Positions 42,995 to 53,150 of a stretch of 64,000 nt of DNA are shown here, in pieces. Both the position numbers and the translations under genes were made by a program. The notes under the pieces were generated by a model that was not told the DNA's origin, made no database searches, and saw only the letters and a program-made list of their open reading frames with translations. The DNA comes from Fimicolochytrium jonesii (Eukaryota): positions 1,612,001 to 1,676,000 of the forward strand of contig NW_026515669.1 of the NCBI RefSeq assembly GCF_025526975.1. The letters run 5' to 3'. Every line of letters begins with the position of its first letter. Positions within the stretch are counted from its first letter, which is position 1.

Positions 42995-44218
42995 TTACAC
43001 CACATCGACAGTCGCTCCAATCAAGATGGTGCGCTGGGAGTAAACCGTCGTAATCAATGAGACGTTAGTGCTAGGAGCTGGCAAAGCGTGGTGAGTAATC
43101 AAATTGATGTTGCCGTTGCTTCCAACCAAGTTCAAGGCCGATTGAGCATCTTCATCAGCACTCTGCCACGAGTAGCGAATCATAAAGTTCTTGTCATAGA
43201 AGTTGTCTAGATCCAAATCCTCACTCGCGTAAGAAGAGTTGTCGTTCATAGACAAGTTCGCAATCATTACCGCATCTTCTACTTGGAAGTCCTCCGTGAG
43301 TGGCAAACGGTAAGATCCAATTTGGTACCTCCATGACTTGAGGTTTGCAGTATCATAGATGAGACTCTTGTCCCCGCTTGTGGTAGCGTAGTCGCTGTCA
43401 TCGCGGAACCGATGAGTCAAACCGACAACGCGTGCATTGGTCAAGGGGAGAATGAAATTATTCTGTGAAGCTCCGCTGCAGACGTTAGACAATTGGGTAA
43501 CACCAACAGTGTCAATTTCCAAATACTTGCCCGCTTGGATGCCTTGCCAGAGAGTTGATAAATACAGTGCGCTAGGCGTTACCATCTGAGCCACATAGCG
43601 CAAGTTCGAGACAACAAAGTACGCACCACTGGGAAGATTAGTGAAAGCCGCTTGTGGGTTGTTGAGCGTTAGGGTTAGTTCAACGGATTGATTGGGCAAA
43701 ACGCAAATTGGAATCGGCTGACCGTTCAATGGTCTCATCGAGCCGGCAAGCAAATGATGCTTGAAATTGAACGTTCCGGTGGAATTCTTGAAGGCATCTT
43801 TGTTGCCTGCGCCTTCGTTGTATTTGAGATACTTTCGTTTCTCGACTTCAACAGTTTGGTAAGAGTCTGCAACGAACTGCGGCATGTCCTCAATTTCATC
43901 TACCACTTTCCCGCCCATCTTAACATTCAATGTGCGGAAACAAGCCATGGCGCCGATTTGTGAAATCTCCGCAGTTGTAAAAGGCGAACCATCGGCGTTG
44001 CGGACTTCAATCTTTCCAGACAGGTAGGAGCGCTGAGGACGCAGGAAAGACGAGTTGCTATCAACAGTAATCTTGATGGCATTGCCGGGAGAGCGAGAGT
44101 CAAAATACTCCTTGATACTTCGGTAAATCGCGATGTTCTCTGACAGGGCGTCGCTATGCATTGAAAACTGGCGACTCGCATAGATCCAGTTCGAAGGCAC
44201 AACAGGATTCGTAGACAT
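42995..44218 (-). CDS. Major capsid protein (double jelly-roll, PLV type)
   Basis: 407 aa, beta-rich; SPGNAIKI..FLRPQRSYLSG..FRTLNVKMGGKVVDEI pattern typical of PLV MCPs; clustered with penton and ATPase. Confidence 0.82.
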   Translation of the reverse strand: MSTNPVVPSNWIYASRQFSMHSDALSENIAIYRSIKEYFDSRSPGNAIKITVDSNSSFLRPQRSYLSGKIEVRNADGSPFTTAEISQIGAMACFRTLNVKMGGKVVDEIEDMPQFVADSYQTVEVEKRKYLKYNEGAGNKDAFKNSTGTFNFKHHLLAGSMRPLNGQPIPICVLPNQSVELTLTLNNPQAAFTNLPSGAYFVVSNLRYVAQMVTPSALYLSTLWQGIQAGKYLEIDTVGVTQLSNVCSGASQNNFILPLTNARVVGLTHRFRDDSDYATTSGDKSLIYDTANLKSWRYQIGSYRLPLTEDFQVEDAVMIANLSMNDNSSYASEDLDLDNFYDKNFMIRYSWQSADEDAQSALNLVGSNGNINLITHHALPAPSTNVSLITTVYSQRTILIGATVDVV

Positions 44219-44258
44219 AATGAATAGACGAACGGTTTACATTAAGAAAAGAAAAAAT

Positions 44259-44741
44259 TTAACGACGACCACCAAAGATTCCCATGTAATCGTCCTCTTC
44301 CTCTTGCGGAATGTTTACATGCACATTAGCGAATGTATCATCTTCTGATTCTGGCTCAGGGGTCGGTGGTCGCTTTACCAAAGGCCGCTGAGGCTTTGCT
44401 GTCATCCTGTTCAAGCGCTTCTCTTCTTTCGCCTTTTGCTTTTCCTTCTCATACTTCTCAATGATTTGAGCTGCAAGCTGTTTTTGCTTCTCCTTTTCCA
44501 ACTTGGCCTTTTCCTTTTCTTGCTCTTTATCGGTCTTCTCCTTCAAAGCTTTCATTGCCTTCAAGTTCTCCGTGCGCTTCTGCTGTGCGGCCCTCATCGC
44601 TTCGATTTGTTTAGGCGTTCGAGGCTTCTTTGTCTTTACTTTTGATACGATGACCTCTTCGATAGGGTCGGTAGGAGTTTCCTCCTGAGACGGCACTTGT
44701 TCAGCGGGTACATCAATAGCAGTCTGTCCATTCTCCGACAT
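44259..44741 (-). CDS. Lys/Glu-rich coiled-coil protein
   Basis: KPRTPKQIEAMRAAQQKR motif; lies between MCP and penton. Confidence 0.65.
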   Translation of the reverse strand: MSENGQTAIDVPAEQVPSQEETPTDPIEEVIVSKVKTKKPRTPKQIEAMRAAQQKRTENLKAMKALKEKTDKEQEKEKAKLEKEKQKQLAAQIIEKYEKEKQKAKEEKRLNRMTAKPQRPLVKRPPTPEPESEDDTFANVHVNIPQEEEDDYMGIFGGRR

Positions 44742-44788
44742 CTTGTTCTGATTTCTACTGTACAGTAGAGAAAAAGAAATATCAGACC

Positions 44789-45538
44789 TTAAACGACCAA
44801 ATCCATCGGGTCATCATAGATACCGAGTACTATTACAACCGGCGCACTTGGCTTGATGACCTGGAGGGAACCCGAGTCAACAATCTGGAAATCCACTTGA
44901 TTCAAGGTGGTGTCTTCCGAGCGGTGGAAATTGTCGCTCGGGTTGATCCAACTGAGGACATCATTGAATGAATCGGGCGAGATTGCAGCGAGAACGTTCA
45001 GGTCGGAGTTAATCCCAGACGCGTAAACGATGGCACCGTTAGTTTGCAGAGTCCGTGACGTAATGAGAATGGGTTGGGACGCGCTGAGATTCAACGGGTT
45101 AGGAAATGTGATGCTGTTCGCGTATCCCGTTTCATTCGCCTTATCAATGCCCAGTTGAAGGAAAGCGGTGGAGCCCCGACTCCCTCCTACGATTTTGAAA
45201 GTCTTGCCTCCACTTGAAGAGACCCGCAAACGCCGAGTCGTCTGGTCGTAATCAACCGTATAATTCTGAGTACCGGCTGCTGTAAGAGCGCCTGCGAGAG
45301 CGCTGATGATACTTGTCGAGTCATAGGTTCCCGAAGGCAATGTTGCTTTCTTCAGGTTAGAGTCACCGTTCTCTGCAAACATCACCACATTGTTTGTGGA
45401 GCTTGTGGCATCCCAATTCTGAAGAAGCGAAACCGAAACGATACGCCATGCGTAACAGGGTATGGTCTTTTGAAGGCGGAAGGTCGGCTCGTTTAGAGAC
45501 GGAAGCGTTCCGGTATTTAGAATCAGCTCACGATACAT
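44789..45538 (-). CDS. Minor capsid protein (penton, single jelly-roll)
   Basis: 249 aa; TLPSGTYD..I..AL..AL motif, YDQTTRRL, C-terminal VDFQIVD..VVIVL. Confidence 0.78.
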   Translation of the reverse strand: MYRELILNTGTLPSLNEPTFRLQKTIPCYAWRIVSVSLLQNWDATSSTNNVVMFAENGDSNLKKATLPSGTYDSTSIISALAGALTAAGTQNYTVDYDQTTRRLRVSSSGGKTFKIVGGSRGSTAFLQLGIDKANETGYANSITFPNPLNLSASQPILITSRTLQTNGAIVYASGINSDLNVLAAISPDSFNDVLSWINPSDNFHRSEDTTLNQVDFQIVDSGSLQVIKPSAPVVIVLGIYDDPMDLVV

Positions 45539-45583
45539 GGAGAAGTTTCTCTTTGTCTAATAACAAGAGATTATTTTGTATAC

Positions 45584-46321
45584 ATGGAAGTGAAGAGGAC
45601 AAAGATTCCAAAGGAGTTTGAAATTTCCATCAAAGACAAGACGCCCGAGGGGTACCCCAGGAAATTCTTTACATTGACACTTGTTGGCTCTTCGAGAGCG
45701 GGCAAGACCACCTGCATCATAAATTTGATTGAGAATATCGCACGGTGTTACTCGAATGTAATCATATTCTCTCCAAGTGCTGACGCTCCGGAGTGGACAG
45801 CCTTGAGGAAGTTCGATAACGTCTTTATGTCTAATCTGGTGTCTAATAACATTCTACACAAGCTCTTTGAAAAGCAGAAGAAGCTTTATCAACAGGACAA
45901 GACAAAGAATCACATGTGTTTAATACTGGATGATTTCGGTTTGCTTGCCAAGGAAAAGGGCCTCGATATAGGCAAAGAACCAAGAGAAGCGGAAATCGTA
46001 TCGAGCGGTTGCAGGCAGATGCTTGATTTATTGTATAGCCGAGCTCGACATAACGGCATGTCGGTTCTCGCCAGCTTTCATGACTGTAAGCAGATGAGCC
46101 CTTTACAAAGAGTGAACTCCACTCACTGGATTTTGTATCGCCTCAATGAAGCGCAATACAGTAAGATAGCCCCTGAGATTCGGTGTCACCTAAGTGAGAA
46201 AGAATTTATAGGCAAGGCGGAAGAGTATACTAAGCAGCCTTTCCACGCTTTGTATGTCGATCTAAAAGCCCCGAAGAACGAAGATGTATTCAAAGAGCTC
46301 AAACCGGCGGCAGAGGTCTAG
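45584..46321 (+). CDS. A32/FtsK-HerA family DNA packaging ATPase
   Basis: Walker A GSSRAGKT, Walker B LILDD, RARH arginine motif. Confidence 0.9.
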   Translation: MEVKRTKIPKEFEISIKDKTPEGYPRKFFTLTLVGSSRAGKTTCIINLIENIARCYSNVIIFSPSADAPEWTALRKFDNVFMSNLVSNNILHKLFEKQKKLYQQDKTKNHMCLILDDFGLLAKEKGLDIGKEPREAEIVSSGCRQMLDLLYSRARHNGMSVLASFHDCKQMSPLQRVNSTHWILYRLNEAQYSKIAPEIRCHLSEKEFIGKAEEYTKQPFHALYVDLKAPKNEDVFKELKPAAEV

Positions 46322-46479
46322 TCATCGAACCGCACTATAACGTATCCTTCCTTTTCGCTGTATTCAAAGTCGAACGGCTCGGGTTTCGGGGCCTTCTTCT
46401 TTTTCTTCTTCTTCTTTTTCACCGGTTGAGTCTGGGTCTGTGCGTCTTTTTGATCGATCAAAAGTTCCTCTGGAAGCAT
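46318..46479 (-). CDS. 53-aa poly-lysine peptide
   Basis: Hand translation: MLPEELLIDQ..PVKKKKKKKKKAPKPEPFDFEYSEKEGYVIVRFDD; abuts the ATPase stop. Confidence 0.45.
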   Translation of the reverse strand: MLPEELLIDQKDAQTQTQPVKKKKKKKKKAPKPEPFDFEYSEKEGYVIVRFDD

Positions 46480-46570
46480 ACTACTCTAAGAGCAAGAGAA
46501 TGTAAATAGCCCCACTTAAAGGAAATCAACGCGTTTCAGTCAGATTAATTTCTACGATACATTCAAAGAT

Positions 46571-46888
46571 ATGTGGGGGAATTGGGAAGGGAATACATTT
46601 CAGGATATTGACGTCTACATCAAGAACAAAGAAAACTTTGATTCCTTACTCAAAAGCTTGTCTGAGAACAAGCTCTGGGCAGACCTACCTCCAGAAAAGC
46701 GAGACGAAGCCATGACAAAATTGAAACACGATGTTGTCTATCAAACACTTCAAACAGCTATTACCGAAATCGAAGGTGAGCCAGCAAAGGTAAAGTGGGA
46801 GGCAGTAAAGAGGCAAGTCAGGAAGAAACCCGCTGCAAAAAAGACCACGCCGAAAAAGGTAGAAGAGTCAAGTGCTGATGAAGAGTAA
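46571..46888 (+). CDS. Viral hypothetical protein
   Basis: 105-aa ATG ORF with a basic/acidic tail. Confidence 0.55.
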   Translation: MWGNWEGNTFQDIDVYIKNKENFDSLLKSLSENKLWADLPPEKRDEAMTKLKHDVVYQTLQTAITEIEGEPAKVKWEAVKRQVRKKPAAKKTTPKKVEESSADEE

Positions 46889-47095
46889 TCGACCCGTTAT
46901 TTTTGAGTGTTTTTGCAAGCGATTTTGTACTGTTGTTCGCAACCCGTTCCCTCGAAGGAACACAAACCAACAGCCCAGTGGTGCTACCTCCTGACTAATG
47001 AACGGTGCCAGTGACTCCATAGTCGCTGGCAATTTTCAAAGTGTTTTTGATCGATCAAAAAGTCTCCCGAAAAATATTCCCTCCACAATGTAACT

Positions 47096-48385
47096 ATGGC
47101 TCCTCCTTTAACTAGAGCACAGGAAGAGAAGCTAAAGACTCTTTTTTATTCGGAAAAAAACTTTTTCGGTAGAGACCGACTCTATTTTCTTTTGCAGCAA
47201 GACCCGCGAAATGATATATCACGACGACAGGTGATGAACTGGCTTGCTAAACAACCCATAGCACAAAAGTTTCGAAGACCTGTGAGAGCCACAGGTGTGC
47301 GAGCAATCGTATCAACGGCTCTCGGTTCATTTCAATGTGATACGATGGACATGTCTGCAGACAGCTACAGAGGATTCGGTGCAATCTTCTCCATGATTGA
47401 CACGTTTTCCAGACGTTTGTATGCACGAGCAATCACAGGAAAGACTGCCGCAGAATGTACGCGCGCCTTGAAGGAAATTTTAGATGAGAACCCACACATG
47501 GCGTTCCACCGCGTAGTCTCAGATAACGGTGGAGAATTTCAGAATGTATTCGATGAGTACCTGCAGGAACTTGAGGTACCGCATAACGTCACGCGTCCCC
47601 ATCAGCCTTGGTCAAATGGAATAATCGAGCGGAGTAATGCCTCGTTAAGAAAACAACTGTCGATTTATATGGAAACCACAGGCAACAAAGATTGGCCGGC
47701 TGCTTTGCCTGATTTAGTTAAACGGTTGAACTCGACCTTTAATGCAACAACGAAACATTCGCCCAATGAGTTAGAAGAGACGTCTCCGGACAGCGAAGAA
47801 CACACTAAGGCTGGATCAAACATAATGAAGCGAGCTGGAAAATCTGTTAATGTCCGTGGTGCAACGACTCTACAAGTTGGGGATACGGTTAGGAAAGTGT
47901 TTCAATATTCGGGCACAAATATTCAAAAACCATCAAGGACGGGATACTTTGCGCCAGAAAAGTTCGAGATTGTAGCAGTTGTCCCATCCCCTTATGCAAA
48001 CCAGCTTCCATCATACAAGCTGAAGAACAGCGCGGGTGTTGTGGAAAAGGGTTTGTTCGCTCGAAGTCAACTCTTGTTGGTGCCCAGTGAAGGTATCCGG
48101 ATCGACCCGCCTCGACCTGTTGAGAATGTAGGCGAGCCACCCGTGGAGGAACCGGTAGAGGAACCGGTTGCGCCAAGACGTTCGGGAAGACTTAACCCCG
48201 AGAGGGAGTATGAAGTCGAATACATTCGAGACAAGAGAACGCGCAGAGTAGGTAGACGAACATTCATTGAATATCTAGTAAAATACAAAGACTATCCTAT
48301 CGAACAAAGTACATGGGAAAAGGTCTCTAATATCAATGCGCCTAATCTTATTCGGGAGTTTGAGAGTCAGAGGAATCGACGCTAA
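47096..48385 (+). CDS. Retroviral-type (rve) DDE integrase with C-terminal chromodomain
   Basis: FQCDTMD, SDNGGEF, NGIIERSN; EYEVEYI..EYLVKYKDY..STWE. Confidence 0.92.
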   Translation: MAPPLTRAQEEKLKTLFYSEKNFFGRDRLYFLLQQDPRNDISRRQVMNWLAKQPIAQKFRRPVRATGVRAIVSTALGSFQCDTMDMSADSYRGFGAIFSMIDTFSRRLYARAITGKTAAECTRALKEILDENPHMAFHRVVSDNGGEFQNVFDEYLQELEVPHNVTRPHQPWSNGIIERSNASLRKQLSIYMETTGNKDWPAALPDLVKRLNSTFNATTKHSPNELEETSPDSEEHTKAGSNIMKRAGKSVNVRGATTLQVGDTVRKVFQYSGTNIQKPSRTGYFAPEKFEIVAVVPSPYANQLPSYKLKNSAGVVEKGLFARSQLLLVPSEGIRIDPPRPVENVGEPPVEEPVEEPVAPRRSGRLNPEREYEVEYIRDKRTRRVGRRTFIEYLVKYKDYPIEQSTWEKVSNINAPNLIREFESQRNRR

Positions 48386-49457
48386 GTTTACGCTTTTTGT
48401 TACTGTTGTAACGATTATACAAGGAACTCTCTTCCTCGTTGTGATGATTGTTAAGAGCTAACAGCCTGCTAATAGGGTCTTGCAGCCCGTTCCTACGCAG
48501 GTGAGTAATCTGCGTTTTCCTGCAACTTCGAACACCGTGCTTCTGTCCACACGCAGCTTCAAATGACTTTTGTATATGGGTATTGAAATTGTTTGGTGTG
48601 AATGGATTTCCCTTTGAATCGATAAACACATGAGCGCCTTCCGGGCGAAACCGCTTGATGAATCGAATGAGAACGTCAGAGACAAACGCAGGGTCGATGA
48701 CATCCTGAAACGACTCCGGTGCGTCTACAAAATGTTGCAGAAATGACTGAACCTCGTCCTGTCTGTGTTTCTTGTTTACAGATTGTCTGTCAAACTTCCT
48801 ATCATTCCATAGAATGGTAGGCCTTCCGGTAGCAGCAAAGATAAAGATGTTATCCTTTTTCCAATCGATTCCTTCGCGGTCGAATATCTTGAGATTTCCA
48901 AAGTTGCCTCGGACGTTGTAGAAACAAGCGACAAACAATCCGATGATGCCGTCTTGCAAAAGTTCAATCTGATGCTTGCTGGGGTGAGGAAGGTCGAATA
49001 TGTAGAACAGGCTATCGCAGTATTTGCGCATCTCGTCAACAACTCCCTTCCAATTAGGAATCAATTCATCGTCGGATAATGTCTCTCCATTAGAACGGGC
49101 TGTGTTGTAAGGCTGTTTCAATCGACGTTGCTCATCAGCGAGTTTCTTCCTGACCTCCTCCCATTGGTCGAATGAAATACCGAGGGGTTCGTGACCGCAA
49201 TTTCTGAAGATACGATGAACTTTCCCAATGAAATCCGCCATACTAGAGTCAGCAATTTTCCCGTCCTTTAAACGTGCAGATTGCTTTGACTGAGTGATGA
49301 TAGCTTTAATGTCGTGCAGGTTGGATAGGGATTCCAAGGAATCGAAGATGCCGCGCTTCTGGAATTCGGTCACATCTTTCAAATCGCCTGTATAAGATTT
49401 GGTATCCTTCGTAAGGAACTCGCCGAGGTTGGCCGTTTTCAGATAGAATTCAGCCAT
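48348..49457 (-). CDS. Tyrosine recombinase-family protein (possible telomere resolvase)
   Basis: VRGNFGNL (R), NDRKF (K), VFIDSKGNP, GVRSCRK (R), NHHN..SLYNRY (H..Y) in YR order. Confidence 0.65.
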   Translation of the reverse strand: MAEFYLKTANLGEFLTKDTKSYTGDLKDVTEFQKRGIFDSLESLSNLHDIKAIITQSKQSARLKDGKIADSSMADFIGKVHRIFRNCGHEPLGISFDQWEEVRKKLADEQRRLKQPYNTARSNGETLSDDELIPNWKGVVDEMRKYCDSLFYIFDLPHPSKHQIELLQDGIIGLFVACFYNVRGNFGNLKIFDREGIDWKKDNIFIFAATGRPTILWNDRKFDRQSVNKKHRQDEVQSFLQHFVDAPESFQDVIDPAFVSDVLIRFIKRFRPEGAHVFIDSKGNPFTPNNFNTHIQKSFEAACGQKHGVRSCRKTQITHLRRNGLQDPISRLLALNNHHNEEESSLYNRYNSNKKRKLSVDSSDSQTPE

Positions 49458-49553
49458 CTTTGTTACTGATTATAGAAAATAAACAATGACAGAACCCATA
49501 GTTAGGGCGTTTATATAAACATTCGCGTGCATCGGCTATCGATAAGAATTGCA

Positions 49554-52500
49554 TCATATGTGTTTCAAGATATGACAGATGGTCTCCACTGACATCGCGT
49601 TGTCTAAGAGACTTAACCTTGCGGCACTAGAGATTCCGTGCGTGTAATTATCAGGAAACCCCATTGCACGCTCTTTGTCTATGCACGTCAGTCGCTTATC
49701 GTTCGGTGCTTGCCGTTTATGAAACGGCGCAGGCTGAATTCGGAAATTCGCCCAATACCATCTCTTCCTAGACAAACCGTTGAAATCCGCATCGTCCAAC
49801 ATTATCGGCTTCACTCCTAAAGCCTCGCTTATCGTTGCGGTCGGCTCCGTGTTTGCAAACAAAAAGTAGCGAGGGTGACATGCCCTCAAAATCTTATCGA
49901 ATCCATTCACATTTCCCGCGCCGATGAGAAATTCGAATACAGGCAGAACATTGCATTCGAGTTTCTCAATATCTCCATAGTTCGTTTGCCGAATGTGGTG
50001 TATCTCGTAAATCTTTACAGCTCGCGGGTTTAACTCTGAATAACCGACGCAGTGGGCGTTCTCAAACACCCGATTCATAGCAAGGTCTGCTCCCCCGATT
50101 CCGGCAGAAGCGGAAAAGTAGCGCAAGGGTGACTTCTTCTCCACGTCGAGCAACGACGGCGTGCAAGCGAAGCTGTTCACTCCGGGAATGAATCCATGCG
50201 TTTGGAAAGCCGCGACGAACTTCTTCGCAAGCGGAAATCCAGACTCGCTGTCAAGATACGCGACTGTTAATTTCCCCTTCCGCAGGTGACACAGCATCGC
50301 GACGGAGTACAGCTCATCGGTGCATTCTGACACGATTCCGACAGCGCGTATCACTTCACCGCTTTCCAAATCGTTTTTCGCTTTGTCTAAGAAATCTTCT
50401 CCTTCGATACAAGTCACTTCATTCTCTGCGGCAAAGTCCGTTATCGCTTTGTGTATGCGGTCTTGCTTCTTAACCGGAGACTTCTTCGGAGGAGGAGGTG
50501 TATCTTCGTCCTCTTCTTCTTCTTCGCCTGACTCGACATAGCTTTGCCTTGCGCGCTTTCGCAAATTGTGCGTATGTTCGCGCACGTCTTTGGGAAGAAT
50601 CGTGTTCCCTTCAAAGACATCGCAGAACGCTTTTTGTATATGCAGATTCGCCTCTCGTGCAACGTATATAATAACCCTCGGATTAGGGTCATCACTTATC
50701 GCTTTCTTGTGCGGATTACGCTCTAACGCCGCTCTCGACAGGTGATTGTTTGATCGATGGAATTGCGCATATTGGTCGCATCGCCGTATGAGCGGGAAGC
50801 TCCAGTTTCGCCTGCCATCCATAGGCAATAAGAATATCGCATGGTCACATTCGCCTTTATCAATCATCTCCATCACCCGTGCGATGAACTTTGGTGTAGG
50901 GTTCTCCGACTTCTTCATGTGCTTTGACTGTTCGTCAGACAAAGCCCTAGCTGGCGGATTGCAGAGAATCACACTCGGTCGCCCTGTCCATTCGCTTGGT
51001 TCCCGTTCAGCCTCATCATCGTCTGCGGGAATGCACCAGCGTTCTAATCCAAAGGCGTCCACAAACGAACCGTCGGGCTGTACCCCGTAGTAGTATTTGC
51101 AATTGATTGTCGCGCAAGGATTACTGCAAACGTCGAGGTCTATCGAGTCATGAAAGCACTTGACAAATTGGTCTATCTTGTCACAGATTTCCGGAGCTGC
51201 GTTGTACTCGTTCTCCCCTAGCTTTGTCCTAGACCGTTTGCAGTGAATCCATTTCGACCTTTCTACCGAGCTCTCTTCTTCCTCTGACTCGGATTTTTCG
51301 GACTCTGCCTCCTCCGACATAACCTTTTTGCGGACGTCTTTTGTCAGATACGTCTTTGGTAGCGTGCCGAAAATCTCGCAGAAGGAACGCTCAATATCCA
51401 TGTGCTTTTCTCTTGACAGATAAATCAAGCAGCGTGGGTTCGGGTCATCGACGACAGGTTTCGCTTGCGGTGAGCGTTCTAAGGCCGCCTTCGAGAGATG
51501 ATTGTTGAAGCGGTTAAAAATTAAAAGTTGGTCACATCTTTCAACGAGAGGCGGGCACCATGACCTTCGCAAATCCATCGGCACAAGGAGAAGCAGATGG
51601 TCACATTCTTCGTCATCCAGCATCTGCACAAGCCTATCAAGAAACTTCGGAGTTGGGAACTCATTTTCCATACGGCTAGCCTGCTCTTCATTGAGCGGCC
51701 TCGCAGGCGGGTTACACACGATAACGCTTGCTTTGCCTGTCCATTCCCGGGGGTGCAATGCCGCTTCGTCTTCGTCGGCTGGGATACACCAACGAGGCAA
51801 ATCGAATGCATCGATGAACGTCCCGTGGGGTTGAACACCAAAGTAATGCTTACAAACGAGCTCCGAACTGGGATTCGAGCATACATCCAAGTCGATGCTA
51901 TCGTGGAATGTTTTCACAAAGTCGTCTAACAACTTGCAAATGATTGGTGGCGTATTGTATTCGTTTTCACCTAACCGCCTTCGTGCGGAAAGTGAATGCC
52001 TCCACTTCCCGATATCGGTGACCGGTTTGCCTGACGCCAGTCTCGCTTGATCGATCAACTCTTCTTCGTCTTCGTCCATGGGAAACTCATCCTCATCAAC
52101 TTCAGGCAAAGACGCTCCTGTAGGCGAGGCTTCCGAAGTCAAATCAATGGCATTTGAGTCGACCTCGGGTTCCTTGAAAGGTGCACTGAGCCTGCATGCC
52201 ACTACATTCTGTCGTCCTTCGTAGAATTCCACATTTCTGTCCCAAATCGTCTTCAGAGGCAAACGCAATTTCTTATGCAGCTTCAGCAAAGCGAGACAGA
52301 GTGCGGCATTGCAAGGCAGCTCATCGGTTGGGACGCCTTCTTTCTTCAACCGCAAGAGAACGTCTCCGCAGTTTGAGATATTGTAGAACGTCCTGCGCGT
52401 CACGTTGTGAAACTTCTTGACATATTCCTCGAGCGCTGGCGCCTCGTTCTTGTAGAGCCGGTGCTCCACAATGGTATTAACGGCGATACATGTCGTAAGG

Positions 52501-52580
52501 AAATCCTCACTCTCTTCGGGGTTGATGTGCAGGTATCGCTGGTTGATTTTGCTCTCCTGTATCTGTAGCGGTGAATCCAT
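49554..52580 (-). CDS. Multidomain DNA methyltransferase-like protein: two phage-Dam-like domains plus a degenerate C5-cytosine MTase
   Basis: Duplicated NEYN.P..IDLDVCSNP..CNPPAR; C-terminal SAGIGG, SELN, YGDI, RKRWYW, ERAMGFPDNYT. Confidence 0.78.
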   Translation of the reverse strand: MDSPLQIQESKINQRYLHINPEESEDFLTTCIAVNTIVEHRLYKNEAPALEEYVKKFHNVTRRTFYNISNCGDVLLRLKKEGVPTDELPCNAALCLALLKLHKKLRLPLKTIWDRNVEFYEGRQNVVACRLSAPFKEPEVDSNAIDLTSEASPTGASLPEVDEDEFPMDEDEEELIDQARLASGKPVTDIGKWRHSLSARRRLGENEYNTPPIICKLLDDFVKTFHDSIDLDVCSNPSSELVCKHYFGVQPHGTFIDAFDLPRWCIPADEDEAALHPREWTGKASVIVCNPPARPLNEEQASRMENEFPTPKFLDRLVQMLDDEECDHLLLLVPMDLRRSWCPPLVERCDQLLIFNRFNNHLSKAALERSPQAKPVVDDPNPRCLIYLSREKHMDIERSFCEIFGTLPKTYLTKDVRKKVMSEEAESEKSESEEEESSVERSKWIHCKRSRTKLGENEYNAAPEICDKIDQFVKCFHDSIDLDVCSNPCATINCKYYYGVQPDGSFVDAFGLERWCIPADDDEAEREPSEWTGRPSVILCNPPARALSDEQSKHMKKSENPTPKFIARVMEMIDKGECDHAIFLLPMDGRRNWSFPLIRRCDQYAQFHRSNNHLSRAALERNPHKKAISDDPNPRVIIYVAREANLHIQKAFCDVFEGNTILPKDVREHTHNLRKRARQSYVESGEEEEEDEDTPPPPKKSPVKKQDRIHKAITDFAAENEVTCIEGEDFLDKAKNDLESGEVIRAVGIVSECTDELYSVAMLCHLRKGKLTVAYLDSESGFPLAKKFVAAFQTHGFIPGVNSFACTPSLLDVEKKSPLRYFSASAGIGGADLAMNRVFENAHCVGYSELNPRAVKIYEIHHIRQTNYGDIEKLECNVLPVFEFLIGAGNVNGFDKILRACHPRYFLFANTEPTATISEALGVKPIMLDDADFNGLSRKRWYWANFRIQPAPFHKRQAPNDKRLTCIDKERAMGFPDNYTHGISSAARLSLLDNAMSVETICHILKHI

Positions 52581-52868
52581 TTCGGTGTGCGGCAGCGCGC
52601 TGTGTGTTGTGCTGCAACGGACAGCGAATGTTTATACGGATGGCGGAGTTGTGACGTAAGCGCGACTGACGGGATTTTGAGAAATGTTTCTCAAAGTGCC
52701 GTCAACATCTCGCAATTAAAGACGTAGCTTGTTAGTAAAACAAAAGATGCAACCCAGATTCAGCCCTTATGAACGTCCCCCGCGTACTTGCAAGGATTGT
52801 CCCGCTATTATCGAATGGATCAGGCGAAGAGTCAGGTGTCTCTCTTGTCATCTGAAGTGGAAAGCTGC

Positions 52869-53144
52869 TCAGCCGGCGTTCGACTTGAAGCTTGATGAAG
52901 ATTGAGGCCGTCTTTTCCACTGTTTGTCTGCGATTGCGCAAGCCATTGCGTAAGCCTGCTTACTTGATGTCACAGTCATCTCCACTCCGCCTTTGCCACG
53001 GTAGGTGAGGGTTCGTTGATCGAACTTGCCCAAAACCTCGTCCATTACCTCCTTTTTAAAGACCTCCTGCTCAACCTCTTCCCCGCTGATACCATGTGAC
53101 TTATAGAACTCTTCCATTCGTTTTCTATAAGTCAAACATTCCAA
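52869..53144 (-). CDS. Viral hypothetical protein
   Basis: 91-aa ORF directly after the HTH ORF. Confidence 0.5.
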   Translation of the reverse strand: MECLTYRKRMEEFYKSHGISGEEVEQEVFKKEVMDEVLGKFDQRTLTYRGKGGVEMTVTSSKQAYAMACAIADKQWKRRPQSSSSFKSNAG

Positions 53145-53150
53145 TTTTGT

